Shown here piece by piece: positions 9,707-22,449 of a DNA stretch of 64,000 nucleotides. This DNA is from Anaerolineae bacterium. GTDB taxonomy: Bacteria > Chloroflexota > Anaerolineae > Anaerolineales > UBA6663. The first letter of the stretch is position 1. Each line of letters begins with the position of its first letter. A program made the translations under genes and the position numbers. The notes under the pieces are model-generated. The model did no database searches. It was not told the DNA's origin and was given only the letters and a program-made list of their open reading frames with translations. Location of the stretch: the NCBI GenBank assembly GCA_037442085.1, contig JBBIQY010000001.1, forward strand, positions 46,174-110,173, in the 5' to 3' direction.

Positions 9707-12700
9707 ATGTCAAAATCTCCTCTCACCTTCCAGCAGATCATTCTCGCCCTCGAAAAGTTCTGGGCCGAGCATGGCTGCGTGATCTGGCAGCCGCACCACA
9801 CCGAAGTCGGTGCCGGCACCATGAACCCCGGCACGGTGCTGCGCGTGCTTGGGCCGGAGCCGTGGAACGTCGCCTACGTCGAACCGTCTATCCGCCCGGA
9901 CGATGGCCGCTACGGCGAGAACCCCAACCGGCTGCAACAGCATTACCAGTATCAGGTCATCCTCAAGCCCGATCCCGGCAACCCACAGGAGCTCTATCTG
10001 CGCTCGCTGGAGGCCCTGGGCATCAACCCGCGTCGGCACGATATCCGCTTCGTCGAGGACAACTGGGAGTCGCCCGCGCTCGGCGCGTGGGGGCTGGGCT
10101 GGGAGGTCTGGCTGGACGGGCAGGAGATCACGCAGTTCACCTACTTCCAGCAGGCCGGCGGCTTTCAGCTCGATCCGGTCTCGGTGGAACTCACCTACGG
10201 CCTGGAGCGCATCGCCATCGCGCTGCAAAACGTCGCCAACTTCCGCGACATCGTCTGGGCGTGCGACCCGCTGACGGGTCGAAGCATCAGTTACGGCGAT
10301 GTGAATTTGCAGAACGAGTTCGAGCAAAGCAAGTATTACTTCGAAATCGCCGACGTGGGCCGGCTGCGCGAGCTGTACGCGCACTATCGCGCCGAGGCCG
10401 AGACGGCGCTGTCAAACGGCCTGGTCCTGCCCGCGCACGATTGCGTGCTGAAGATGTCGCACACGTTCAATGTGCTGGACGCGCGCGGCGCCATCGGCGT
10501 CACCGAGCGGCAGGCCGCCTTCGGCCAGATGCGCGGCCTGGCGCGGCGCGTGTCGGAGGCGTACCTCGAACAACGCAAACAGTTGGGGTATCCGCTGCTT
10601 GCAGAGACTGCCGATCGCCGGCTGCCGACCGCAGCGGTCAGTGGCCCGCCGTCTGCGGTTGTGGATCAGCCCGCGACGTTGCTGCTCGAAGTCGGCGTCG
10701 AGGAAATGCCCGCTGCCGACGTGGCGTCTGCGCTGGCCCAGTTGCACGACCTCGCGCCGAAGATGCTGGCCGAGGCGCGGCTGGAGCATGGCCCGGTGAG
10801 CGTCTTAGCCACGCCGCGCCGGCTGGCGGTGCTGCTGAGAGACCTCGCGCCGCGCCAGCCCGACCGGGAAGTGGTGGTGAAGGGCCCGCCCGTCGCGCGC
10901 GCCTTTGATGCGACCGGCCTGCCCACACCCGCCGCCGAAGGTTTCGCCCGCAAGCACCACCTCTCGCCTGCCGCCCTCGAACGGCGCGTCCTGGATGACG
11001 GCGAGTATGTCGTAGCGGTGATCAAGGAAACCGGCCAGCCTACCCCCGCGGTGCTGCGCGAAGCGCTGCCGAAACTCATCAGCGCGCTCAAGTTCGAGAA
11101 AACCATGCGCTGGCGCGCCGGCGACCCGACCACCTTCTCGCGGCCCATACGCTGGATCGTGGCGTTGTTCGGCGAGACGGTCGTGCCGTTCGAGTTCGCC
11201 GGTTTGCAATCCGGCAATGTGAGTCGCGGCCTGCGCCCGCTCGGCTCGCCGGCCATCCCCCTCACAAGTGCCGATGACTATCTCGCCGCCATGAAGAAAG
11301 CAAAGATCGAAGTGGACCCGGAGAAGCGCCGCACGGCCATCCTCAGACAGGCGCGCCGGCTGGCGAAGCAGGTTGGCGGCGTGATTGCGGACGAGGGCGT
11401 GCTGGACGAAGTCACCCACCTGGTCGAGCGCCCGACCGCGCTGCTCGGTTCCTTCTCTGCAGAGTCGCTCGCCCTGCCGCGCGAAGTCCTCGTGGCGGTA
11501 ATGAAGAAACACCAGCGTTATTTCCCGGTCGCTCTCCCCTCTCCCGGCGGGCGAGAGGGCGTTGAGGGAGGGGTGCTCCTGCCGTACTTCATCGCTGTCC
11601 GCAACGGTGACTCGAAACACCTCGCGGTGGTGCGCGAGGGCAATGAACACGTCATCCGCGCGCGCTTCGCCGACGCCGACTTTTTCGTGCGCGAGGATCG
11701 CAAGCTGAAGCTGGCCGATTTTCGGCCCAGGCTCAGCACGCTGACCTTTCAGGCCAAACTTGGCTCGATGTTGGATAAGTCGGAGCGAATCGAAGCGCTG
11801 ACCGTGAAGCTTGCCTCGGCGCTCGGCCTGGACGCAGCGGAGACTCAGACCGCGCAGCGGGCGGCCCACCTCAGCAAGGCCGACCTCGCCACGCAGATGG
11901 TGGTGGAGATGACGTCACTGCAGGGTGTCATGGGTTATGAGTACGCGCTGCATTCCGGCGAGCCGCTCGAGGTCGCGGTCGCCATCCGCGAGCAGTACGG
12001 CCTCCCACAGTCCCGGCCCGGCCTGGCTCTCGCCCTCGCCGACCGGCTGGACTCGCTGGCCGGGCTGTTCGCCGCCGGCCTCGCCCCCACGGGCTCCGCC
12101 GACCCCTTCGGCCTGCGCCGCGCCGCCCTCAGCGTCAACCAAATCTTGCTCGATCACGACCTGGACTTCGACCTACGCGCCGCGCTCCAGGCGGCCATCG
12201 AATTGCTGCCAGATACTGTTCGCCCGATCTCCAACTCTCTGATCCCCGATCTTTTGAGTTTCCTCACCGGCCGCCTGCGCGGGCAATTGCTGGAGCAGGG
12301 TTATCGCTACGATGTGGTCGAGGCGGTGCTGGCCGAGCAGGCGCACAACCCGGCGCGCGCGCTGGCGGCAGTGAAGCAACTGGCCGGCTGGGTGCAGCGG
12401 GCGGATTGGCCGCAGATCCTATCGGCCTATGCCCGCTGTGTGCGCATCACCCGCGACCAGAAAGAGCAATACGCCGTTCGCCGCGAGCAGTTGACTGAGT
12501 CGGCGGAAAGGGAACTCGACGCGATCTCACAATCCATACCATCCGTGCAATCCGTTGACGAGCTTTTTACCCGGCTCCTGCCCCTCATCCCCGCCATCAC
12601 CAAATTCTTCGACGAGGTGCTGGTCATGGCCGACGATCCGCAGGTGCGCGCCAACCGCCTTGGCTTGCTGCAGCGCATCGCCGGCCTGGCCAGGGGCGTG

Positions 12701-12730
12701 GCGGATTTGAGCAAGCTGGAGGGATTTTAG
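9707..12730 (+). CDS. glyQS: Glycine--tRNA ligase, fused alpha (GlyQ) and beta (GlyS) subunits
   Basis: Single 1007-aa frame. Residues 1-~290 are GlyQ ([61 protein letters not shown]). Residues from ~330 are GlyS ([12 protein letters not shown]...HQRYFPV...[10 protein letters not shown]...). Confidence 0.9.
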   Translation: MSKSPLTFQQIILALEKFWAEHGCVIWQPHHTEVGAGTMNPGTVLRVLGPEPWNVAYVEPSIRPDDGRYGENPNRLQQHYQYQVILKPDPGNPQELYLRSLEALGINPRRHDIRFVEDNWESPALGAWGLGWEVWLDGQEITQFTYFQQAGGFQLDPVSVELTYGLERIAIALQNVANFRDIVWACDPLTGRSISYGDVNLQNEFEQSKYYFEIADVGRLRELYAHYRAEAETALSNGLVLPAHDCVLKMSHTFNVLDARGAIGVTERQAAFGQMRGLARRVSEAYLEQRKQLGYPLLAETADRRLPTAAVSGPPSAVVDQPATLLLEVGVEEMPAADVASALAQLHDLAPKMLAEARLEHGPVSVLATPRRLAVLLRDLAPRQPDREVVVKGPPVARAFDATGLPTPAAEGFARKHHLSPAALERRVLDDGEYVVAVIKETGQPTPAVLREALPKLISALKFEKTMRWRAGDPTTFSRPIRWIVALFGETVVPFEFAGLQSGNVSRGLRPLGSPAIPLTSADDYLAAMKKAKIEVDPEKRRTAILRQARRLAKQVGGVIADEGVLDEVTHLVERPTALLGSFSAESLALPREVLVAVMKKHQRYFPVALPSPGGREGVEGGVLLPYFIAVRNGDSKHLAVVREGNEHVIRARFADADFFVREDRKLKLADFRPRLSTLTFQAKLGSMLDKSERIEALTVKLASALGLDAAETQTAQRAAHLSKADLATQMVVEMTSLQGVMGYEYALHSGEPLEVAVAIREQYGLPQSRPGLALALADRLDSLAGLFAAGLAPTGSADPFGLRRAALSVNQILLDHDLDFDLRAALQAAIELLPDTVRPISNSLIPDLLSFLTGRLRGQLLEQGYRYDVVEAVLAEQAHNPARALAAVKQLAGWVQRADWPQILSAYARCVRITRDQKEQYAVRREQLTESAERELDAISQSIPSVQSVDELFTRLLPLIPAITKFFDEVLVMADDPQVRANRLGLLQRIAGLARGVADLSKLEGF

Positions 12731-12837
12731 CCGCCAGCCGGCACGCGTCGGCGGGGTCGGAAACGGACGGCAGAAGATCGAACGACCGCCCTCGGCTATA
12801 ATCGCCCGACGGTCATCATTCATCCGTCACCCTCGGC

Positions 12838-14790
12838 ATGTCCGTCATAGACGACATCAAGGCCCGCATTGATACGGTGGAGCTGATTTCGCAGACGGTC
12901 AAGCTGCGCAAGTCGGGCCGCGCCTACATGGGGTTGTGCCCCTTCCACGTACACAAGAACAACACGCCCTCCTTCGCCGTCTGGCCGGATACAGGCACCT
13001 GGCGCTGCTTTGGGCAGTGCAACGAGGGCGGCGACATCTTCAAGTTCGTCATGAAGCGCGACGGGCTGGACTTCTTCGGCGCGCTGCAACTGCTGGCCGC
13101 ACAGGCCGGCGTCGAACTCAAGCCGCGCACGCCCGAGCAGATCGAGCAGGACGATCACCTCCAGCACCTGCGCCAGTTGCTCGAGGCTGCCGCCGTTTAT
13201 TACCATCACCTGCTCAAGAACGCGCCGCAGGCCCAGCCGGCCCGCGACCACCTGGCGCAGCGCGGCCTGACCGACAAGGCCATCGAGATGTTTCAGCTCG
13301 GCTACGCGCTCGATGCCTGGGATGCGGCGCTCAACTACTTCAAAAGTAAAGACTACACGATTGATGATTTGCTCGCGGCCGGCCTGATTATCGAGAAAGA
13401 GTTGTCCAATCAGCAATCAGCAATCAGCAATCAGCAATTGGTCCGTCACTTTGACCGCTTCCGCGATCGGCTGATGATCCCGGTGCGCGATGAGCAGGGC
13501 CGGATGACGGGCTTTCAGGCGCGCGCCCTGCACCCGGACGCCATCCCGAAGTTCATGAACAGCCCGCAGACCGCGCTCTTCGACAAGGGCCGCACGCTGT
13601 TCGGCCTGCACCTGGCCCGCAAGGCCATCCGTGAGGCAGGCGCGGCCGTCGTCGTCGAGGGCAATTTGGACGTTATCGCCGCGCACCAGGCCGGTTTCAG
13701 CAACGTGGTCTCGTCGCAGGGCACGGCCCTGACCGAGCACCAGTTGCGTCTGCTCAAGAAACACGCCAAGCGCATCCTGCTGGCGCTGGACGCAGACGAG
13801 GCCGGCGACGCCGCCACGTTGCGTGGGCTGATGGTAGCGCGCGAGGCCTTCGATCGCGAAAGCGAGGTCAGTTTCGACCCGCGCGGGCTGGTGCGGGTGG
13901 AGGGCCGGCTGGGCGCGGACATTCGCATCATGACGCTGCCCCCCGGCCTCGACCCGGACGACGTGATCCGGCGCAGCCCGGAAGAGTGGCGGCGCTGCGT
14001 GGAGGCCGCCGAACCGGTCGTGGAGTACGTCATCCGCGTGCTGACCGCCGGCAAGAACCTGGATGATCCGAAGACCAAGGCCGAAGTGGCCGACGCTGTG
14101 CTGCCGCTGATTGACGATGTGGCCGACTCGATCGAGCGCGATACGTACCGGCAGAAGCTGGCGCGCCTGCTCAAAATCAACGAAAACCTTCTGGCCTCGC
14201 GGACGCCGAAGCCAGCCCGGCGCCCAACCGCGCCGCGACCGGCCGTCGCACCCCAGCCTCCCACTGCCAGGTTCGAAGCCTCCAAGCTGGAAACGTATTG
14301 CCTCAGCCTGCTTCTGCGCCAGCCCGAGGCCCTCTACCAGCTCGACCGGGACTTACAGTCGCTCGGCCTGGACAAGCTCGCTCCGGACGATTTCATGGAC
14401 ACCGAGCTGCAGCTGATCCTGCAGGCTTTGCACGCCGCCCTCGAGCAAATTGACGTTGAACCTTCCGAACATTTGCGGCATAATCTCGGCGCGCCATTCC
14501 AGGCTCGGCTGGAGGCGCTGCTGGCCGCCGACGTGCGCCAGGCCGATGATCTGAAGCTCAAAGACGATTTGCTGAATTCTGCGTTGCGGCTGCGTCGGCG
14601 CGCGCTGGAGCAGCAGTTGAACCGGCTGCGTTTCCTGGCCGAAGACGCGCGCGAACAAGGCGATATGCTGGCTGAACTCTATCAGGCGGAGCTGGTGCGG
14701 TTGGCGAGCGAGCGCGCCAAGGTGGACCGCGCTTTTTCGCCCCGGACGCGCAGCAAAGGCGCCCTCCCCAAGCCCGTCGCGCGACTCTAG
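12838..14790 (+). CDS. dnaG: DNA primase
   Basis: CHC2 zinc finger [31 protein letters not shown]-polymerase core [15 protein letters not shown]...[27 protein letters not shown]...[18 protein letters not shown] at 12797-12802 lies upstream. Confidence 0.9.
   Translation: MSVIDDIKARIDTVELISQTVKLRKSGRAYMGLCPFHVHKNNTPSFAVWPDTGTWRCFGQCNEGGDIFKFVMKRDGLDFFGALQLLAAQAGVELKPRTPEQIEQDDHLQHLRQLLEAAAVYYHHLLKNAPQAQPARDHLAQRGLTDKAIEMFQLGYALDAWDAALNYFKSKDYTIDDLLAAGLIIEKELSNQQSAISNQQLVRHFDRFRDRLMIPVRDEQGRMTGFQARALHPDAIPKFMNSPQTALFDKGRTLFGLHLARKAIREAGAAVVVEGNLDVIAAHQAGFSNVVSSQGTALTEHQLRLLKKHAKRILLALDADEAGDAATLRGLMVAREAFDRESEVSFDPRGLVRVEGRLGADIRIMTLPPGLDPDDVIRRSPEEWRRCVEAAEPVVEYVIRVLTAGKNLDDPKTKAEVADAVLPLIDDVADSIERDTYRQKLARLLKINENLLASRTPKPARRPTAPRPAVAPQPPTARFEASKLETYCLSLLLRQPEALYQLDRDLQSLGLDKLAPDDFMDTELQLILQALHAALEQIDVEPSEHLRHNLGAPFQARLEALLAADVRQADDLKLKDDLLNSALRLRRRALEQQLNRLRFLAEDAREQGDMLAELYQAELVRLASERAKVDRAFSPRTRSKGALPKPVARL
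13407..13434 (+). repeat. Four perfect tandem heptamers CAATCAG (plus partial fifth CAATTG) inside dnaG
   Basis: Read directly from the sequence: caatcag x4 at 13407-13434. Encodes [11 protein letters not shown] in the loop preceding the conserved FDRFRDR motif. Confidence 0.9.
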
Positions 14791-14830
14791 TGGTAAGATT
14801 CGCCTCATTGCGTTTCAAAATAGCGGTGCG

Positions 14831-16483
<1,653 letters not shown>

Positions 16484-16490
16484 GTGAGTT

Positions 16491-16552
16491 GACCGACCGT
16501 TGGCCGTCGCCCACGGACTGCCATCCGTGGTCGGCGGTCTTTCTATTTGTTG
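16491..16552 (+). terminator. Putative intrinsic terminator after rpoD
   Basis: Inner stem CCACGGA (16511-16517) / TCCGTGG (16524-16530). Outer pairing GACCG (16491-16495) / CGGTC (16535-16539). Followed by TTTCTATTTGTT. Confidence 0.5.
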
Positions 16553-16562
16553 AGGCGCCGCG

Positions 16563-17387
16563 ATGACTGGGAACCTTGTCCTGCTCGCCGTTGTGGCGCA
16601 TCCGGACGACGAGTTGTCGGCGGGCGGCGTGCTGGCGAAGTATGCTGCCGGTGGAGCGCGCTGTTTCGTCGTTTGCGCCACGCGCGGCGACGGCCCGGAT
16701 GCGCAGATCAAGAACGAAGCCGCCACGCGTGAGACCTTGGGGCAAGTGCGTCTGCAGGAGCTGGCCTGTTCTTGCGCCACACTGGGGATCGAAGCGCCGC
16801 GTTGTCTGCACTACCAGGATGGTGGGGTGGCGCAGGTCCCGCCGGAGGCCGCTGCCCGCGATGTGGCCCGGTTGATGCGTGACCTGAAGCCGACGCTCGT
16901 CATCACCCACGACCCGGGCGGCGGGTACGGCCATCCGGACCATATTGCCGTCTCCACCTTTACCACGCGCGCTTTCGAGCTGGCCGCTGACCCCAGCGTT
17001 GACCTGGGACTGCCGCCGCACCAGCCGGCCAAACTATACTACTTCGCCATACCCCGCAGCTTCAGGGAGCATGTCCCGGCCTTCCGCGACCGCCGGGCGG
17101 AGATCGGCGGACGGGTGCTCGGCTTCGTCGGCGTGCCGGATGAACAGATCACGACCGAGGTGGACATCCGCGACTGGCTGGAGCGAAAACTGGCAGCGCT
17201 CGCCTGCCATCGGACGCAATTCGATATCGACTCGGCCACCGGCCAGCCGAAAACCTTCATCACTTCGGTGCCGGAAGCGCAACGGCTGAGGTTATTCGGC
17301 TACGAGCGCTTTGTGCTGGCGCGGGCCCTCACCGGCTTTCCCCTCAATGGCCTCAAAGAGACTGATCTGCTGGCCGGACTGAGCTAA
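16563..17387 (+). CDS. PIG-L/LmbE-family N-acetylglucosaminyl deacetylase
   Basis: 274 aa. Motifs VVAHPDDELSAGG, ATRGDG and GHPDHIAV are typical of the LmbE/PIG-L family. Confidence 0.8.
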   Translation: MTGNLVLLAVVAHPDDELSAGGVLAKYAAGGARCFVVCATRGDGPDAQIKNEAATRETLGQVRLQELACSCATLGIEAPRCLHYQDGGVAQVPPEAAARDVARLMRDLKPTLVITHDPGGGYGHPDHIAVSTFTTRAFELAADPSVDLGLPPHQPAKLYYFAIPRSFREHVPAFRDRRAEIGGRVLGFVGVPDEQITTEVDIRDWLERKLAALACHRTQFDIDSATGQPKTFITSVPEAQRLRLFGYERFVLARALTGFPLNGLKETDLLAGLS

Positions 17388-17470
17388 GTCAACGGGAAGT
17401 TGACACAATCGTTACAACCCCGACTTTTAAGGGGCAAAGCATATCCAAACCTGTTTAGTCGCATTGCTTG

Positions 17471-17479
17471 TGATAAAAT
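17471..17479 (+). promoter_or_regulatory. Putative extended -10 promoter of the nuo operon
   Basis: TGaTAAAAT at 17471-17479, about 47 nt upstream of the nuoA ATG (17526). No clear -35. Confidence 0.35.
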
Positions 17480-17525
17480 TCCCACACTTCCACCCCGGCT
17501 TGTCCTGTCTGTGCCGAAAGCGTCT

Positions 17526-17882
17526 ATGCTCACGGATTATCTGCCGATTGCGGTTCTGATTGCGGTTGCGACGATCCTGGCGGTGCTGGTTATCCTCATC
17601 GGCCATGCGTTCGGCCCGCGCCGTCCCAGCAGGCGCAAGGGCGAACCGTACGAGTCGGGCATGCGCTCGCTCGGCCCGGCAGTGCGCCGTATGCCGGTGC
17701 GCTTCTACCTTATTGCCGTCCTGTTCATCCTGTTCGATATCGAAGTGGTGTTCTTTCTGCCCTGGGCCGTGGTGTTCCGCGAGCTGGGCGCCTTCGCCTT
17801 TGTCCAAATGCTGATTTTCGTCGGTGTGTTGCTAGTCGGCTTTGCCTGGGCATGGAAAAAAGGAGCGCTGGAGTGGGAGTGA
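17526..17882 (+). CDS. nuoA: NADH-quinone oxidoreductase subunit A
   Basis: 118 aa from ATG 17526 (MLTDYLPIAVLIAV...). Three TM segments and the NuoA/ND3 motif YESG...FDIEVVFFLPWAVVF. The upstream part of the listed ORF (from 17400) is non-hydrophobic leader. Confidence 0.88.
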   Translation: MLTDYLPIAVLIAVATILAVLVILIGHAFGPRRPSRRKGEPYESGMRSLGPAVRRMPVRFYLIAVLFILFDIEVVFFLPWAVVFRELGAFAFVQMLIFVGVLLVGFAWAWKKGALEWE

Positions 17883-17892
17883 TTCTGACTCC

Positions 17893-17920
17893 AAATTCCT
17901 AACTCCTAATTCCTAATTCC
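17893..17920. repeat. Four tandem heptamers (AAATTCC TAACTCC TAATTCC TAATTCC) in the nuoA-nuoB spacer
   Basis: Read directly from the sequence. The A/T-rich array ends 10 nt before the nuoB ATG (17931). Confidence 0.85.
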
Positions 17921-17930
17921 CGCATGCGAT

Positions 17931-18416
17931 ATGGGCCTCGAACAAAAACTCGGCAACCTGGGGATAGTGACCACCACGCTCGAGCAGGCCGTTAACTGGG
18001 GCCGCACCGGCTCGATGTGGCCGATGCTGTTTGGCCTGGCCTGCTGCGCGATCGAGATGGCCAGCACCGTGGCCGCGCCGCAGAACGACCTCGCACGCTT
18101 CGGCATGGAGCTGATGCGCGCCTCGCCGCGTCAGAGCGACTTGATGATCGTGGCCGGGCGGCTCTCGCGTAAGATGGCGCCGGTGCTGCGCCGCCTTTAC
18201 GATCAAATGCCGGATCCGAAGTGGGTGATCGCCATGGGTGACTGCGCTTCCTGCGGCGGCATATTCAACAACTATGCCATTGTGCAAGGCGTGGATGAGA
18301 TTGTGCCGGTAGATGTGTATGTGGCCGGCTGCCCGCCGCGCCCGGAAGCGCTCATGCACGGCATCCTTACGCTGCATCAGAAAGTGCGGCAGGAAAAGTT
18401 GAAGACCTGGGCGTGA
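17931..18416 (+). CDS. nuoB: NADH-quinone oxidoreductase subunit B
   Basis: 161 aa with cluster N2 cysteine motifs [17 protein letters not shown] and GCPPRPE. Confidence 0.93.
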   Translation: MGLEQKLGNLGIVTTTLEQAVNWGRTGSMWPMLFGLACCAIEMASTVAAPQNDLARFGMELMRASPRQSDLMIVAGRLSRKMAPVLRRLYDQMPDPKWVIAMGDCASCGGIFNNYAIVQGVDEIVPVDVYVAGCPPRPEALMHGILTLHQKVRQEKLKTWA

Positions 18417-18419
18417 TCA

Positions 18420-18457
18420 TTGGGTGATTGAGTGATTGAGCGATTGAAATCACCCAA
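18420..18457. repeat. Hairpin (10-bp perfect arms) enclosing three tandem octamers in the nuoB-nuoC spacer
   Basis: TTGGGTGATT (18420-18429) is the reverse complement of AATCACCCAA (18448-18457). Between them lie GTGATTGA GTGATTGA GCGATTGA (18424-18447). Confidence 0.8.
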
Positions 18458-18484
18458 TCATCAGTCGCTAAATTTCCGATTAGC

Positions 18485-19006
18485 ATGTCCGTGATTGAAC
18501 AGGCAATAGCCGCGCTGCGCGAACGGTTCGGCGGCGCAATTGAAGACGTGGTGGAGTTTCGGGGCGAGACCACGGTAACGGTGGCGAAAGCCTCCGTGGC
18601 GGAGGTATTGCGCTTTCTCAAGGAGGCGCCCGACCTGCGCTTCACCTTCCTCGCCGACCTGACCGCCTACGACGACTACCCCACCGAGCCGCGCTTCAAA
18701 GTCGTGTATCAATTGCGCGAGATGACGGGGATGACCAACCTGCGGGTGAAGTGCGCCGTGCACGGTGACGACCCGTCCCTGCCCAGCGTCACCGGCGTCC
18801 ATCGCAACGCCAACTGGCAGGAACGCGAACTCTTCGACATGTTTGGTATCACCGTTGTCGGCCATCCCGACCTGCGCCGTATCCTGATGCCCGCCGACTG
18901 GGAAGGCCATCCGCTGCGCAAGGATTACCCGCTCGGCTACGAGGAAGTGCAGTTCACCTTTAACTTCGACGAGATTGACCGCAAGAAACCCTATGCGAAA
19001 GAGTAG
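18485..19006 (+). CDS. nuoC: NADH-quinone oxidoreductase subunit C
   Basis: 173 aa with 30-kDa subunit motifs [13 protein letters not shown] and [12 protein letters not shown]. Confidence 0.92.
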   Translation: MSVIEQAIAALRERFGGAIEDVVEFRGETTVTVAKASVAEVLRFLKEAPDLRFTFLADLTAYDDYPTEPRFKVVYQLREMTGMTNLRVKCAVHGDDPSLPSVTGVHRNANWQERELFDMFGITVVGHPDLRRILMPADWEGHPLRKDYPLGYEEVQFTFNFDEIDRKKPYAKE

Positions 19007-19036
19007 CGAGAAGTCGGAAGCCGGAATGATAAGAAC

Positions 19037-19114
19037 CTAAACCGAGGAACCGGCGAAGGCATTGCCCTCGCCAGTCCCGGATCAACCCGCCAAGGCGAGG
19101 TTTAGAGATAAGCT
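19037..19114 (+). repeat. 78-nt structured intergenic repeat, copy 1 (nuoC-nuoD spacer)
   Basis: CTAAACCGAGG...GGCGAAGGCATTGCCCTCGCCAG...GGTTTAGAGATAAGCT. It aligns without gaps, at roughly three quarters identity by eye, to 37069-37146. It has terminal inverted CTAAAC/GTTTAG and a central GGCGAAGGC-att-GCCYTCGCC palindrome. Confidence 0.75.
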
Positions 19115-19141
19115 CTAAGGCTGACTCCTGACCCTTGACTC

Positions 19142-20392
<1,251 letters not shown>

Positions 20393-20450
20393 CGGAGAGC
20401 CGAGGGTCGTCATCCGACGGTCTGGCTCCCTGTTTTCTATCACCAAGATC

Positions 20451-20990
20451 ATGCTGGCTGAAAAATACGCCGATCAGATCCGGGAGATCCTCAACCGTTA
20501 CCCGCCGGAGCACAAACGCTCGGCCGTGATGCCGTTGCTCTACCTGGCGCAGAGCGAGTACGGCTATGTGACGCCTGAGGCAATGCGCGAGATCAGCGCG
20601 ATCACGGGCGTTGCGCCCACCGACGTGGCGAGCGTCGTCGGCTTCTACTCGTTGTTCCATGATCAGCCGGCGGGCAAACGCCGGGTGCAGATCTGCACCG
20701 ACCTGCCGTGTGCGCTGCGCGGCGCCGACGAGTTCGCGGCGGCGTTGCTCGAGCGCCTGGGCGTGAAGTGGGACGAGACGACAGCGGACGGCGCGTTCAC
20801 CGTCGAGCACGTCATGTGCATCGGCGCCTGCGACAAGGCGCCCTGCTTCCAGATCCAGGACCGCACCGGCCTCCACTTTCACGAGAGCGAATCGCCGGAG
20901 AAGCCGATGACGGTGGAGCAGGCGATCCGAATTTTGGATGAGCTGAAGAGAGAAGACGAGGGATCGGAAATCGAAGACTTCAATCTCTGA
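20451..20990 (+). CDS. nuoE: NADH-quinone oxidoreductase subunit E
   Basis: 179 aa from ATG 20451 (MLAEKYADQIREILNRYPPEHKRSAVMPLLYLAQ). 2Fe-2S cysteines CTDLPCALRG...CIGACDKAP. The listed ORF start at 20361 overlaps the nuoD end and is unlikely. Confidence 0.9.
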   Translation: MLAEKYADQIREILNRYPPEHKRSAVMPLLYLAQSEYGYVTPEAMREISAITGVAPTDVASVVGFYSLFHDQPAGKRRVQICTDLPCALRGADEFAAALLERLGVKWDETTADGAFTVEHVMCIGACDKAPCFQIQDRTGLHFHESESPEKPMTVEQAIRILDELKREDEGSEIEDFNL

Positions 20991-21006
20991 TCCCCAATCC
21001 TGATCT

Positions 21007-22344
21007 ATGCCGTACATCCTTTTGCGACACCGCGACACCCCCGACATTCACAAGCTGGATGTCTATCTGGCGCATGGCGGGTTCGAGGCGTTCAAGAAGG
21101 CCGTTACGCAGCTAACGCCGCAGCAGGTGATTGACGAGGTCAAGGCCTCGGGCCTGCGCGGGCGCGGCGGCGCGGGCTTCCCCACCGGCCTAAAGTGGTC
21201 GTTCCTGACCAAGGACTCCTTCCCGCGCTATGTCACCATCAACTCGGACGAGTCCGAGCCAGGCACGTTCAAGGACCGCGAGATCATGACCCGGAACCCC
21301 TTCCAGTTCCTGGAGGGGGCGATGATCACGGCCTACGCCTCGCGGGCCAACGTGATCTACAACTACGTGCGCGGCGAATACTGGGACATCGTCGCCGGCC
21401 TCGAGAAGTGCGTGGCGGAGCTGTACGCGCGCGGCTTCCTGGGTCGGGACTTGTTTGGCACGAGCTACTCCCTCGACTTCTATCATCACCTGGGCGCGGG
21501 CGCGTACATCTGCGGCGAAGAGAGCGCGCTGCTCGAGTCCCTCGAAGGCAAACTCGGCCAGCCGCGCCTCAAACCGCCCTTCCCGGCGGATAAGGGCCTG
21601 TACAACAAGCCTACGGTCGTCAACAACACCGAGACGGTGACCAACGTGCCCTACATCCTGCAGCACGGCGCGGCGGAGTTCAAGAAATACGGCACCGAGA
21701 AAAGCCCCGGCACGAAAATCTTCTGCCTCTCGGGCCGGATCAACAAACCGGGCAACTATGAACTGCCGCTGGGCGTGACCCTGCGTGAGCTGCTCTTTAC
21801 GCAGGGCGGCGGCCTGCCGGGCAACAAAAAAGTGAAGGCCGTGATGCTGGCCGGCGCGTCCTCGGTGGTGCTGCCGGTGGATGAGTCCGTCCTGGATCTG
21901 CCGCTTGATTATGAATCGGTGGCAGCCAAGGGCGCGATGCTCGGCTCGGCCTCGGTCATCGTGCTGGATGAGACGGTGGACCTGGCCTGGGTGACGCTCA
22001 AGACCACCCGCTTCTTCAAACACGAGTCGTGCGGCAAGTGCACCCCCTGCCGCGAGGGCACATACTGGATGCTCAATATCCTGGAGCGCCTTAACCGCAA
22101 CGAGGTGAACAAGGCCGACGTGGACCTGCTGGCCAACGTCGCTGCGCAGATCCAGAACAAATGCCTGTGCCCGCTGGGCGAATTCGCGGTGACGCCGATG
22201 CTCTCAGCGCTCAAGGCCTTCCGCGCCGACTTCGACGCACATACCCGTGATGCTGCGCCGAAGAAAGCGGCCCCGACGGCGAAGCCTGCTCCGGCGCCAC
22301 GGCCTGTCGCGAAAAAGGAAGAGGCGCTGGCTAAAGGCCGATGA
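21007..22344 (+). CDS. nuoF: NADH-quinone oxidoreductase subunit F
   Basis: 445 aa with the FMN/NADH site GLRGRGGAGFPTGLKW and the N3 cluster ESCGKCTPCREG. Unusual Lys/Ala/Pro-rich C-terminal tail (AAPKKAAPTAKPAPAPRPVAKKEEALAKGR). Confidence 0.93.
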   Translation: MPYILLRHRDTPDIHKLDVYLAHGGFEAFKKAVTQLTPQQVIDEVKASGLRGRGGAGFPTGLKWSFLTKDSFPRYVTINSDESEPGTFKDREIMTRNPFQFLEGAMITAYASRANVIYNYVRGEYWDIVAGLEKCVAELYARGFLGRDLFGTSYSLDFYHHLGAGAYICGEESALLESLEGKLGQPRLKPPFPADKGLYNKPTVVNNTETVTNVPYILQHGAAEFKKYGTEKSPGTKIFCLSGRINKPGNYELPLGVTLRELLFTQGGGLPGNKKVKAVMLAGASSVVLPVDESVLDLPLDYESVAAKGAMLGSASVIVLDETVDLAWVTLKTTRFFKHESCGKCTPCREGTYWMLNILERLNRNEVNKADVDLLANVAAQIQNKCLCPLGEFAVTPMLSALKAFRADFDAHTRDAAPKKAAPTAKPAPAPRPVAKKEEALAKGR

Positions 22345-22449
22345 GTTTATGGCTGATCTTGTGACCCCGACGATTTATGAATTTCATCCTTCATCCTTCG
22401 TCCTTCATCCTTCGATGAGTTTATGGCTGATCTTGTAACCCTGACGATT
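22339..22449 (+). repeat. 37-bp direct duplication of the nuoF-stop/nuoG-start junction flanking a 4x heptamer array
   Basis: cgatgagtttatggctgatcttgtGacccCgacgatt (22339-22375) is repeated at 22413-22449 with 2 mismatches. Between the copies lie tatgaattt plus CATCCTT CATCCTT CGTCCTT CATCCTT (22385-22412). Confidence 0.9.

Noticed and set aside
22349-22438. 29-codon ORF MADLVTPTIYEFHPSSFVLHPSMSLWLIL as a real small protein gene.
   Set aside because: Its N-terminus is a copy of the nuoG start created by the 37-bp duplication, and the rest is the heptamer array read in frame. It is kept as a possible uORF in the findings but not annotated as a gene.
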